A DNA stretch of 64,000 bases, taken from assembly GCA_037447605.1 (NCBI GenBank), contig CM074809.1, positions 4,020,689-4,084,688 of the forward strand, in the 5' to 3' direction. This stretch comes from Zygnema circumcarinatum SAG 698-1b. Lineage: Eukaryota; Plantae; Zygnematophyceae. The notes beneath the pieces are model-generated. The model ran no database searches. It saw only the letters and a list, made by a program, of their open reading frames with translations, and was not told the origin of the DNA. Position numbers and translations under genes: made by a program. This document shows positions 23,501-33,282 of this stretch, in pieces (position 1 is the stretch's first letter; the number at the start of each line of letters is the position of its first letter).

Positions 23501-23999
23501 GGAGAGTTCAAACTCGACTCCGTTCACTCGGCCTCGTGAGGTCAAGGCCATTTTCCTTCTTCTCACTCGTTGCGGTGTACATGTGATGGCGTCGCCGCCG
23601 TTAGATTATGAACGAGTTCACCTTTCTTTCTCTGATACTGTCTACACAGATGGGCCTGCTTGCGACTATGGGCATTTTCCTCGACCAGCTCCCTGATTTA
23701 TGGCAGCAAGGGAAAGGTTGGATGGTTTTTTAGGGTTTGCTTATTACTACTTAGATTTGCAGGTTGCTTTTATAGATCCTATTTTGAATTCGAAGCCAAC
23801 AACCCCAAGATTGGTCCCTGTTTTGCATTTCATCCTGTACAAAACCGATCCTGAAGGCCGGAAGCTCTTACTCAAGGGCGACTCAAAAAGGCAAGTGGGA
23901 AGTACTATGTTGTTCTACTCTCTATATCCGACACAGTGCGCTCCACATGACTACTGCTGTGAAAATGTTTAGTTTTTTTCTCTCTGCAGCAAATCCGCT

Positions 24000-26161
24000 T
24001 CATATGCTGCTCTTGAGGCCTAAGTTCTCAGCCATCTTTTCCATTAAGCCCTTCGATTCGACTTCTGCTCCAGCAAGGATGTCGTTCGCTCGCTGATTGG
24101 CATCAGCTATGCGAAGTCGCATTTTGTGCTCTGCTTCTAATTTCGCTTGTTGTGCTCGATGCGCCACCTCCGCCTACATTCAAGGTACAACGGGAGCACG
24201 TCAGGAGGCCCAGACTTCCGTTGCTGCAAGGCGAGAGCCAAAAGTTGCGTACATAGCAACGCTCTAAACACGGGTCTCGCAACTGACAGCTTCCAGCCCT
24301 GAATAGTTCCATTTCAGGTGCTCCTAGGCATCCCTTTGAAACCTCTGGCAAGGACGTATTCGACTTCAGGCAAAAGACAGCTTTAACCTCATGCGAATTT
24401 TGCAACAAAGCGAAGGAATTAATTGATTGGACAAAGCAGACGCCTTCCAACGTTACATGCTGCATACTTTAGGACATGCGCATTCTTCTGGACCTACCCA
24501 AGGATTGACACCCGAACATAACCCAAAATGAACATCTTGGCGAACGCATAGTTCACCATCATGGAGCAATGCTGAATATTGGACGATGACGATTGAAAGG
24601 TACCTGTCGTCGCTGACTCTCTGCCTGTGCTGCAGCTTTTATCTTTTCTGCACGCTCTTCCTCGGCTGCCTCCTTTACTCTTATTTTCGCCACCTGCATG
24701 AAGCACGTATTTGGTCATATTCTGCATCACACGTCAGGAAGCCATCGAATGAACCAAGAAGTTGGGCCATCAGTTCTGACAAATCGCGAGAGCAAGCGAA
24801 GGCATCCCTAGTAGCATGACAGCCAAGCACAAGCTCCAGGATTTCCACCAGATAAGAGGTAATTTCTTTGACACGCAAACATGTGATTTCGCCAGCCCAG
24901 ACAAATGGATGCCACAACCTCAGTCCTTTCATGGGCTTCTATTTCGGCAATTCGGCGAGCAGCTTCTGCTTCAGCTTCCTTCACCTCCTTTGTCAAGTAC
25001 GCTTCCGCGTTTGCCTCTCGTTTCTGCTCACGAGCGTTCACAGACACCTCGTCTGCTTTCTTGATATACTGAGCGACATTCTGCAATGCATTCCATAAGC
25101 CAAGTCATTTGCGTCAACATTTAAGCAAATAGTTCCTGTGCAACCAGCGCCACTCGACAACTCTGATGATGGACACCTTTATAAAAAAGCTTGGGTGCAC
25201 TGTGGTAAAGAGGACCGATTCTGAAGGAGCTTTGATAACTGATGCTGATCGCTGCAAGATGCAAAGTTGCAACCCGGTCTGTCGAGTCTGAATCGGATAT
25301 CGACAGGTTCTCTATATGCTAAAGGTGATGGATATCTTATTGTTCGTGATTACAAGCGTACTTCGTCAATTCACAGCAGTGAAACGCACAAACGGTCTTA
25401 TGTTCAGAGATGCCAACAGCACCTGTGGCTCTCAGCAGCTTCTCATCTCAACTAGACAGCTTTATACAATGTTATCCAGAAAATCCCAATAAGAGTACAA
25501 AGTGAACAACCGATGTCTGTATATAGCTTTTGAGGCTGGAGTCCAAACCGACTATCGTACATATGTACAAGGAGAACCTTAGTGAACTGTAATCTGTTTT
25601 GGCAATCAGTTCCGCCTAATCAAAACATCATCCTCCCAAGTCTCTATAATCTCCGTCTTTGCAGATTCTGACTTATAGAACAAAATATCACACCTGCTGG
25701 TGTTTTGAAGGATGTCCTTCATCTGCTCTTGGATAACAAGGCTCCAGAGACTTCTCTTCAAGTGATACATTATCACCGACATGATGGTTACCAGCACCTT
25801 CTCCTATAGAATTTTTCCATTCCTCCAAGTTCCAGTGACTATCATCTCTATCATCCCGCTTCTTGTTGCTGCTTATTACCGGTGCGGGTGCCTTTGGTTG
25901 CTCGCCCGCTTCTTTACTTCGAGTTGCAGCAGCAGCAGCTGCTTGCTCATCAGCTTCTGCAGGCTCGCGACCACCCCCTGCCGCCCAATGGCGCTCCATT
26001 ACTGCTGCTTCAGGCTTTTTATCTCTGTTTTCCTGCAAATGGGATTCAAGTTCCGTTACGGTTTCACGAAAACTTGTTTCAAACTCTTTTCCCCGAGGCT
26101 CGTCATCACCTGCCTGGCTGGTGCTCCCGACCGCTTTCTCTTCATCCCTATTCCCTTGCAT
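24000..26161 (-). CDS. Coiled-coil protein of unknown function (disordered N-terminus, Ala/Glu/Lys/Arg-rich helical C-terminus)
   Basis: There is a long first ORF (25688-26161) and three phase-0 GT-AG exons at 24919-25080, 24604-24693 and about 24000-24173. These join into NVAQYIKKADEV..EAEAEAARRIAEIEAHERTE|VAKIRVKEAAEEERAEKIKAAAQAESQRRQ|AEVAHRAQQAKLEAE..ENLGLKSSI*. The internal exons between 25081 and 25693 are unresolved. Confidence 0.6.
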
Positions 26162-26865
26162 CTCGGCCTTGTAACTTGTAGCTCCTTACAACAAAGCTCT
26201 CGCAACACCAATACAAAGCTCACAGTGGCAAGAACAGCAAATCAAGATTTCTCAACCAACCAAACAATTTTCTCCGTCTCCTCCCTCCCTGCAGCTTAAA
26301 ATCCTGCAGCTCCTATCACAACGCCACTCCTCCCCCACCCCCCGTTTTGCTTCTGCAAACAACCAGTCGCTTGCTTTCCACAGAGAATTCAGTGCGATGT
26401 TCAATACGGCTTTTGTGAATCCTCCACTCGCTGACGACAGGGCTGCCTCTCTCTTCCCCCGTCTTCAAATGAGGTTCTGCAAACAATCTCCAAAAAGCAC
26501 TTTTTCCCGAAGAGCCTTCCAAGACTTTAAAATCTTGAAACAAATGCTGGTAAGCAGCCCCATTGGCTCCAGAACCTGTTCTAAAATTTTTGGCCTGGAA
26601 ACCTCTACACACGGCAATAATCGCTTCTTCAAAAGTATTTTTCTACGTCAGCAGCGCATGCAAACGGACACGTGGCGCTCAGAGGAGTTCGACGCCGACA
26701 CGCTGCCAATCAAAAGCGCCCATTTTCCCAGTTTTGGCGGAGCCAGATGCCGGCCTGTCTGCCACGTGGCATTCGCACGTCAGCATCACGACTCAACGAG
26801 CCTCCAGAAGGCTGTGCAGTCTTGTGTCCGTACAGTACCGACCAGACAATCGATACAGTACTGTA

Positions 26866-27056
26866 CAGTAGACCCCCCCAATATTTTCGCCCCTCTTATT
26901 TTCGCTCCCCAATATTTTCGCCCTGAATTTGCCAAAACCACTTTTTAACATAATACTGCCCGCCTATTGTTAACACGCACCCTTATATTTTCGCTACCCA
27001 ATATTTTCGCCCAATATTTGTCGAAACCATGGCGAAAATATTGGGGGGGTCTACTG
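26866..27056. mobile_element. 191-bp MITE of the Tc1/mariner superfamily (pogo/Emigrant-like)
   Basis: It has perfect 26-bp TIRs, CAGTAGACCCCCCCAATATTTTCGCC (26866-26891) and its reverse complement (27031-27056). TA flanks both sides (26864-65, 27057-58). About five internal copies of a (A/T)ATTTTCGC(C/T) subterminal motif are present, and there is no coding capacity. Confidence 0.92.
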
Positions 27057-27252
27057 TACTGTATAGTATCGTACGGTGCGTACATCTTACGCCTTTCTAG
27101 GTTTCAACCAAAAAACTGGTTTGGACCAAAGCCGAAAGTTTGCTCTCCGATTTTGCATGTTTTGGGTACAAACGGGGTATAAGGATGGCCTGGGGCACCC
27201 TCCTGAATGACGAGGGTGGGAAGGAGATGAAAGCGTCAGTCCCTGAGAAGCC

Positions 27253-30200
27253 ATGGCGTCTCCCAGACGCGCAGCTCGTCTTGGAGAAAAGAGGAGGCAG
27301 AGAGAGGCCTTGGAGGGGCGAGGAGAGGAGGAGGAGGAGGGGATGGGGCAGATGGGGGAGGGGAGAGGGAAGGAGCGAAGAGGGGAAAAGGGGGGAAAGT
27401 TAGAGAGGAGCAGAGGGGAGTGGGGAAAGAGGGGGGAGAAGAAAGAGGAGATAGGGAAGGAGAATAATATAGTGGAATCTAAGAAAGGAGAGGAGGAGGA
27501 GGAGGAGGAGGAGGAGGAGGAGGAGGAGGAGAGGAGGAGGAGGAGGAGGAGGAGGAGGAGGAGGAGGAGGAGGAGAACGAGGTGGAGGAGGAGGAGGAGG
27601 AGACAGCACAAGCGGTTGGGCCCATTATAAAAAAGGCAGGAACAGGAAGGCGGGCTCGATGTTATTATGAAGCTTTTGAGTTTGGAAACACAAGGTTCGA
27701 TTTGGTACGTGTTTCTATTTGCTGAATTCCTCGTCTTTGTTTTCGTTCAATTTCCTCTTAACTGAATCATAACTGAACCGAGCATGTTGATACGTCTGCT
27801 GGCCTGCTGAGAACTTCATCTTTAGGGACAGAATTGAGCAGTTTTTTTTTTTTTTTAATCCATGTTTTCTTGTTTCAGAACGACACGGTTCTTCTCTCTT
27901 CGGGAGACGAGGATGTGAAACCATTTGTGGCCTTTATCAAGGTCTGCGAAAAATACCTGAAGGGTTGGAATCCTAAAGACCTGAAGAGGCGATATGCTGC
28001 AAGAAACTTTTGTCATATGTTTTTTAATCCCAAAGAATTTTTTCTGACTTATAAACCGGTCGACTGCTTACACCGTTGCCTTTCTGGTTAAAGGAGGGTA
28101 AAGCATATGACCAAAAATTTGCCAAGAACTTATCCGTTCTAGGTAATGTGGACAGTACTGAATAAGTTCAAATGGAATTGCAACACGGAGTGAGAAAGTA
28201 GGCAAAGAGCAAACCTCGTTATAAGAATCAGACTGGAACTAATTTTGCTTGAAGTGCTTTAATTTGCAGTAGTTTTGTTTCAGTATGATGAGGAGAGATG
28301 TTGCATTGGGAGCTCAAAGAAAACGCATGTGAAGTGAACAGTTCTCTTTCTCAGATTTATCTCTCTCGCGCTCTCTTTCTTGCTTTCTCCTGTTTTCTCT
28401 CTCTCTCTCTCTCTCTCTCCCCCCTCTCTCTCCCCTCCCCAATTCCGCCACAGGAAGTCTATCAACGAAATGACGGAGAAGTTTGCATAACCGCCCAGTG
28501 GCTGTACCGCCCGGAAGAGTCGAAAAAAAGGAATGGGGAAATATGGGACCGTGAAGATCCACGTGAGATATTCCTCACCTTTCATTTCGATGAGGTGTCG
28601 GCGGATTCAGTCCTCCATAAATGCATAGTTCATTTCATACCTCCTATGAAACAGCTCCCTGATATGCTGAAGTATCCTGGCTTCGTAGTGCAATATGTAT
28701 ACGACACGAATTCGAAAAAGTTGTTTCGCATAACTGACAAGGATTACATAAGCGAGCAGCAACTTCAAATTGAAAGTCATCTTGAAAAGAGTAGATGTGT
28801 GTGGGAGACTTTGGCTGAGGTTGAAGATAAGGACGCCGTAGAGCAGTATCAGAATTCGGTTTCGACATTGGAAACCACAAGGCGAAGTAGCAGGAAAAGG
28901 AAAGCGGAAACTCCTTCCCTGGATGATGGTGAGAAGAAGTTACCGAGAAGCAAAAGTTCGAAAATGGGAGAGCCGGAAACGATTGCGGAGGAAGAGGAGA
29001 CGGAGGAGGAGAAAAGAACTGACGAAGCGACGAAAGCTCAGGAGAAAAACGCGGAGGATAAGAAGGTGGAGGAGAAAGAAACAGAGATGATGGAGCTGTT
29101 GAGGGAGAAAAAGCTCCTGACCGGAGTTCGTGTACGCGACCGCTGGCGAGACATGCTCCTAGAAGCAGTGAAATCAGCATCAATCGAACTAACTTCTGAC
29201 GTGAGTCTCCAGATAAACATTTGGTAAAAGTTAAAGCTACAGTCCTTTATTGTTGCAGATGGTGCAAACGTGTCAATAGACTTGTTAAAATCGCACGTTT
29301 AGGCACATAAAATGATTTTTTTCAAGGAGGAGGGGGGAAGGGAGAGAGAGTGAGAGATTGGGGGGGTGGAGGGAGTAACGAACCACATCTGGGTTTTGGG
29401 ACGGGGGGGCTCAGGAATGTAAGTTCTGGCCAGACCGAGCTGCGGACGTTTGTACGGGCTTGGAGGCGGCTGCGGAAGAGTCGCTCGGATCTGCAAATCG
29501 AAGATATAATATTAAATTACGCTCCATGTCGACTAATCTCAAGGTCAACTTTTAGTATCTATTATATAATGAACGTGTTATAATCATGGCTCTTCATGTT
29601 TTCTCGATGTCTAGAAGGCATGGTGAGGGGGACAGTGTTTTGTGGTGGGAGATGAGCGAGAGGGAGATGATGAGGTTGGCGTTTCTATGGATAGTGAAAG
29701 AGGAGAGGGATGCGAGCGAGGGTATGGGGGCATGGTTTTTGGATTCAAGGGGGAAAAGAGGTGTTTGCGGATGAAAGGGGGGAGAGAGGAGCGGGATACG
29801 AGAGACGAGGAGCGAGAGAGGATACAGCTGTGGGGAAGCTCGTGAGAGAGAGGGGAGGGGAGGAAGGGAGAAGGACGAGTGTTAACGAGGATAGAAGCGA
29901 GGAGAGTTGGGAAAGGAAAAACATGAGAGAGGGAAACTCATTTTTCTTGCCATCGCTTGTTTTGACCATTGCATTGCAGAAGAATCGGTTCTTAGCACAA
30001 CGCTTGCTTCGCGGTGAACTGCAGCCGGAAACTGTGCTAAATTTTGACCCCGTGGAATTAAAGGTGAATTTTGCTTTTGAAGCCTTTCCCAGTTCTACTT
30101 CAAAGATTGGATTTTGGAAGGACAAAGAGAGAGTTTCATGCGTGGAATCACGTTGGCTGTTTTTCTGTCGTACGTTCACTACTGTTCGATCGGTGATCGC

Positions 30201-31691
30201 TGTCCTGCCACGTGGCATGTCGTAATTGGCAGGAGGGTCGGAAGGCTGAGGAGATGCCGAAACAGGAGACATCGGAAGTAGAAGCCATTGAGGTATGTGG
30301 GTTTGTCCTCTGTCATTGTACCACACATACGAATCCCTATACGTATACCTGTGTACCCGTTTAGACACCTCTTTCTTACCTCTGTTTCTCCACTCTGTCT
30401 CGCTCTTTCCTCTCTCCTTCCCTCCCCTCTCTCTCTTTCTCTTTCTCTCTCCCTCCTCTCACGCTCCTCCCACGCTCCCTCCCCTTCTCCGCTCTCTGTC
30501 TCTCCTCTCTCTCTCCCACTTTCTCCGTCCCTTCCTCTCTCACTGTTGCTTTTGTACTTCCCCACTGCGGCGGAGGCAGTGGGCGGAGGTTACATGTGGA
30601 TCGTGCGGAGCGAAGAGGGCGGCCGTGAAGGAGATCATTCACACTGGGAAGAGTTTGGACCGATATTTGGTGCGAACGCCCTCTCGTCTCCAGTCGTTGC
30701 TCATAAACCAATGTGTTTTAGAGAAAAGAAAGTGACCATAAGCATCATCATCAGTGGGATTTTCTCTCAGCACTAGAGCTTGTTGCTCGATAATGCAACG
30801 AATTGCCTTTCTGAGATGTGGCGTGTCATGCTTCTCCCTTACTCATGCTCTCTATCTCCCTGCTTAATTTGTCCTGTTTCAACTGTCCTCGCTCTCTTTC
30901 TTGTCCCCAGGTCGTCCTCCACCTGCCCCCTTCGTTTCCTTCCATGCCGTTCTCTTTCTTGACTCTCACCTCGCTGTCTTTCTCTCCTCCTCCATACTCT
31001 CGTCGATCCCTTTCTTTGCCTGCTCTGATGATTTTCTCGTCTCCCTCTCCTACTTCCAACTCCACCCCCCCCTTCTCCTTCTCTTTCTCCATTCCCTCTC
31101 CCTCTTGCCCCCCCTTCCGTCGCTTCCTTTTACGCGAACATTCCTATGACTTTCATCTTTCCCAACCTTCCCCACCCCCGGCCCCCCTCCTTTTTTCCCT
31201 CCAACCTTCCTCCCCGACTCCTCCTCCGCCACTTCCTCCCTCTCCCTCTAAACCCTTCCCTCTCCCTCTAAACCCTTCCCTCTCCCTCTAAACCCTTCCC
31301 TCTCCCTCTAAACCCTTCCCTCTCCTTCTGCTGTCTTTCCCTCTCCTTGAGCCAACAGCTGGAGTGCGCGGAGTGTGGGCACTCGTGGTATTCGAGCCAA
31401 GACGCAGTTTCTTCCCTTTCAGAAGCTCCCCCTGTGGACAAGGTTCCGCCAGTCGGACTCAACACAACGGCGACGGAAAAGTTTGACAAGGTCGAGCACG
31501 CTCTGGCGGCGCTTCGTGAAAGAAATGCGGCCAATCAAAAAACGAGTGGGGGGGAAGGCACAAGTGTCGAGGCTTCAAAGGGTGTGCACCAAACGAAGGG
31601 ACCTGTGGAAGAAGCGAAGGAAATTGGGCTTGACAGGTTTTTGTTGCCGTCTAATGCGAACACGGATACTGGCGTGGCACATTTCGATTGA
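27253..31691 (+). CDS. BAH-domain / TFIIS central-domain / C-terminal zinc-ribbon protein (At4g11560-like), with an apparent 1-nt frameshift in exon 1
   Basis: Exons are 27253-27704 (frameshift near 27531), 27879-27941, 28454-29200, 29415-29543, 29980-30063, 30233-30292, 30580-30669 and 31359-31691. BAH: YYEAFEFGNTRFDL|NDTVLL..KPFVAFIK|..TAQWLYRPEE..REIFLTFHFDEVSADSVLHKCIVHF. TFIIS-M: RYNIKLRSMSTNLK|KNRFLAQRLLRGELQPETVL. Zn ribbon: CGSC..LECAECGHSWY. Confidence 0.88.
27490..27603 (+). repeat. (GAG)n microsatellite encoding poly-Glu, interrupted at 27531
   Basis: Read directly from the sequence. The register changes from GAG GAG to GAG AGG at 27529-27534. Confidence 0.95.
31240..31325 (+). 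repeat. 20-bp tandem repeat (TAAACCCTTCCCTCTCCCTC) x about 4 in the last intron of the BAH gene
   Basis: Read directly from the sequence. Confidence 0.9.
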
Positions 31692-31726
31692 AGGGAGGGA
31701 GCGGGGGGGGGGGGGGGGGGGGGGGG

Positions 31727-31736
31727 NNNNNNNNNN
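31727..31736. other. Assembly gap (10 N) adjoining a poly-G run
   Basis: Ns are present in the sequence immediately after about 24 G. Confidence 1.
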
Positions 31737-32213
31737 CGGGGTGGAGGGGTCCTTGTCTGGTTTCAAAGGTTTGATGGGGAGGAAAGCAAGGGTGCGATGG
31801 AGGGAGAGAGGGGGAGGGGGGGGGGGAGAGAGAGGGAGAGAGGGAGAGAATGCAAGATGGACGAAGATCAAACTTAAATTTTTGTCTATTGGAGAATGTC
31901 AGAGCTATTTCACAAGGGTGAGAGAGAATCCGCTTGATGCCGAGGCTGTTTTTTTTCATTTTGGGTTTGGACCTTGTGTCATTTCTTGCCGTTGTTGGGA
32001 CATCGAAGATCGAACATATGTGTGCTCGCGTGCACGGGCATGCATGGGTGCGCGAGCAATACAATGTCTCGTTGACCGCTCTCTCTCGACCGGAAAAGGA
32101 TCATTCCGACACACGTTGTCCGGTATTTTCCACCGCAACTCTCGTTCCATCAAAAAAACAGTTATTGTGAATTTGTGAATTTCGAATTTCTGTACGAACA
32201 GTGGAAAAGGAAA

Positions 32214-32289
32214 GTGACATTGAACTCACGATGGCGAGGCCACCAAATGTACAGGAACAAAAGCAGCATGGGGAACCACGAGGAACTGG
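32214..32289. repeat. Dispersed repeat, copy B (copy A at 23422-23500)
   Basis: Same orientation as copy A, with the shared 23-mer at 32267-32289. Confidence 0.8.
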
Positions 32290-32466
32290 TCGCAAAGGAC
32301 CTAAGCCCAAAAGAAAAAAGCTAGGAGCGGGAAACTACGCCTAAGCGCAACAACGCTTGAAGGCCTCCCTCGAAGCAGCCGCGACGGTCACCGATCGATG
32401 TGCGGCACATCACATCGCGCGGAGGGAGCGAGCGGCGGAAGGCCACCGACACGGTCACCGACAATA

Positions 32467-32662
32467 GGGAGGGTCCGACATTGACCATGGCCGAATCAAT
32501 TCAGTAATTATGCCTGTCGGGCGAATTAAGCATTGCCTAGGTACGCATTTCGGTACGGCTGTGTACGGCGGAGCCGCCGATCTCGACCCGGAATTCGTAC
32601 ACGAAACTTTGACTTTTATTATTGTACTAAATTCGAGCCATGGTCAATGTCTGACCCCCCCC
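32467..32662. mobile_element. Candidate MITE of about 196 bp with imperfect 30-bp terminal inverted repeats
   Basis: The left arm is GGGAGGGTCCGACATTGACCATGGCCGAAT (32467-32496). The reverse complement of 32631-32662 is GGGGGGGGTCAGACATTGACCATGGCTCGAAT. AATA flanks both sides (32463-66, 32663-66). Confidence 0.55.
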
Positions 32663-32739
32663 AATACGGTTCCACCTACCGTACTTCGCATCCCTGAAAG
32701 TGGTCAAGTCGATATTTTTGCCAGTATATCGCTACGAGC

Positions 32740-33000
32740 TATGTGCATGCCCGTGCATGGATGCATACATACAAACGTGTAGCGTACATGTTGGCATGTC
32801 TGCATGCATATGAACTTTCCTTGAGTGAACGCATATGTTCATATGTATGCACGAATACATACATACATACATGCATACACGTACGCACATGCATCCATCC
32901 ATACGTGAGCGAATGCGTACTCGGATGCATAGCATAGACACATGAGCAAACGCATGCATACACATGGATACGAACATGTACACATACATGCATACACCCC
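32740..33000. repeat. Degenerate (ATAC/ATGC)n purine-pyrimidine alternating tract
   Basis: CATGCATACATAC-type words occur throughout. Confidence 0.8.
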
Positions 33001-33282
33001 ATAACCCATACTTTAAAACGTCGGATGTCACGAAAAACAACCGGAGTACGGTATGAGCTGCTTTTTGCACCAAACGCTTGACTTGCGGACGATTTGTTCC
33101 CTTCGTGTTAAGAGATAAAACTAATGATACAGGTTTAATAATATACAGAACTATTAACATGGAGCAAGCTCCCGCGGCTATATGCGGTAAGCCGAGGCTC
33201 TATTGGTGAGTGACACTTTCTTGGGAGACAATGCACCCCTCTGTACCCCCCCCCCCCTCCCCCCCCACACAATACCCTCCCG

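Noticed and set aside
23586-23854. Possible + strand spliced mini-gene (MGLLATMGIF../GCFYRSYF..)
   Set aside because: It would need introns of only about 34-47 nt, shorter than the introns traced in the genes here, and has no recognisable product. It is likely 3' flank of the coiled-coil gene.
24000-26161. Calling the coiled-coil gene a remorin
   Set aside because: The architecture is similar, but the remorin C-terminal signature (AWE..EK.K..N) and the C-terminal anchor are not present.
26397-26948. 183-aa ORF running into the MITE as a transposase
   Set aside because: There is no HTH or DDE/D motif. It overlaps the promoter and 5' region of the minus-strand gene and ends inside the 191-bp element.
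31375-32178. 267-aa ORF overlapping the BAH last exon
   Set aside because: It is an alternative frame that reads through poly-G and the 10-N gap, with no coherent protein signal.
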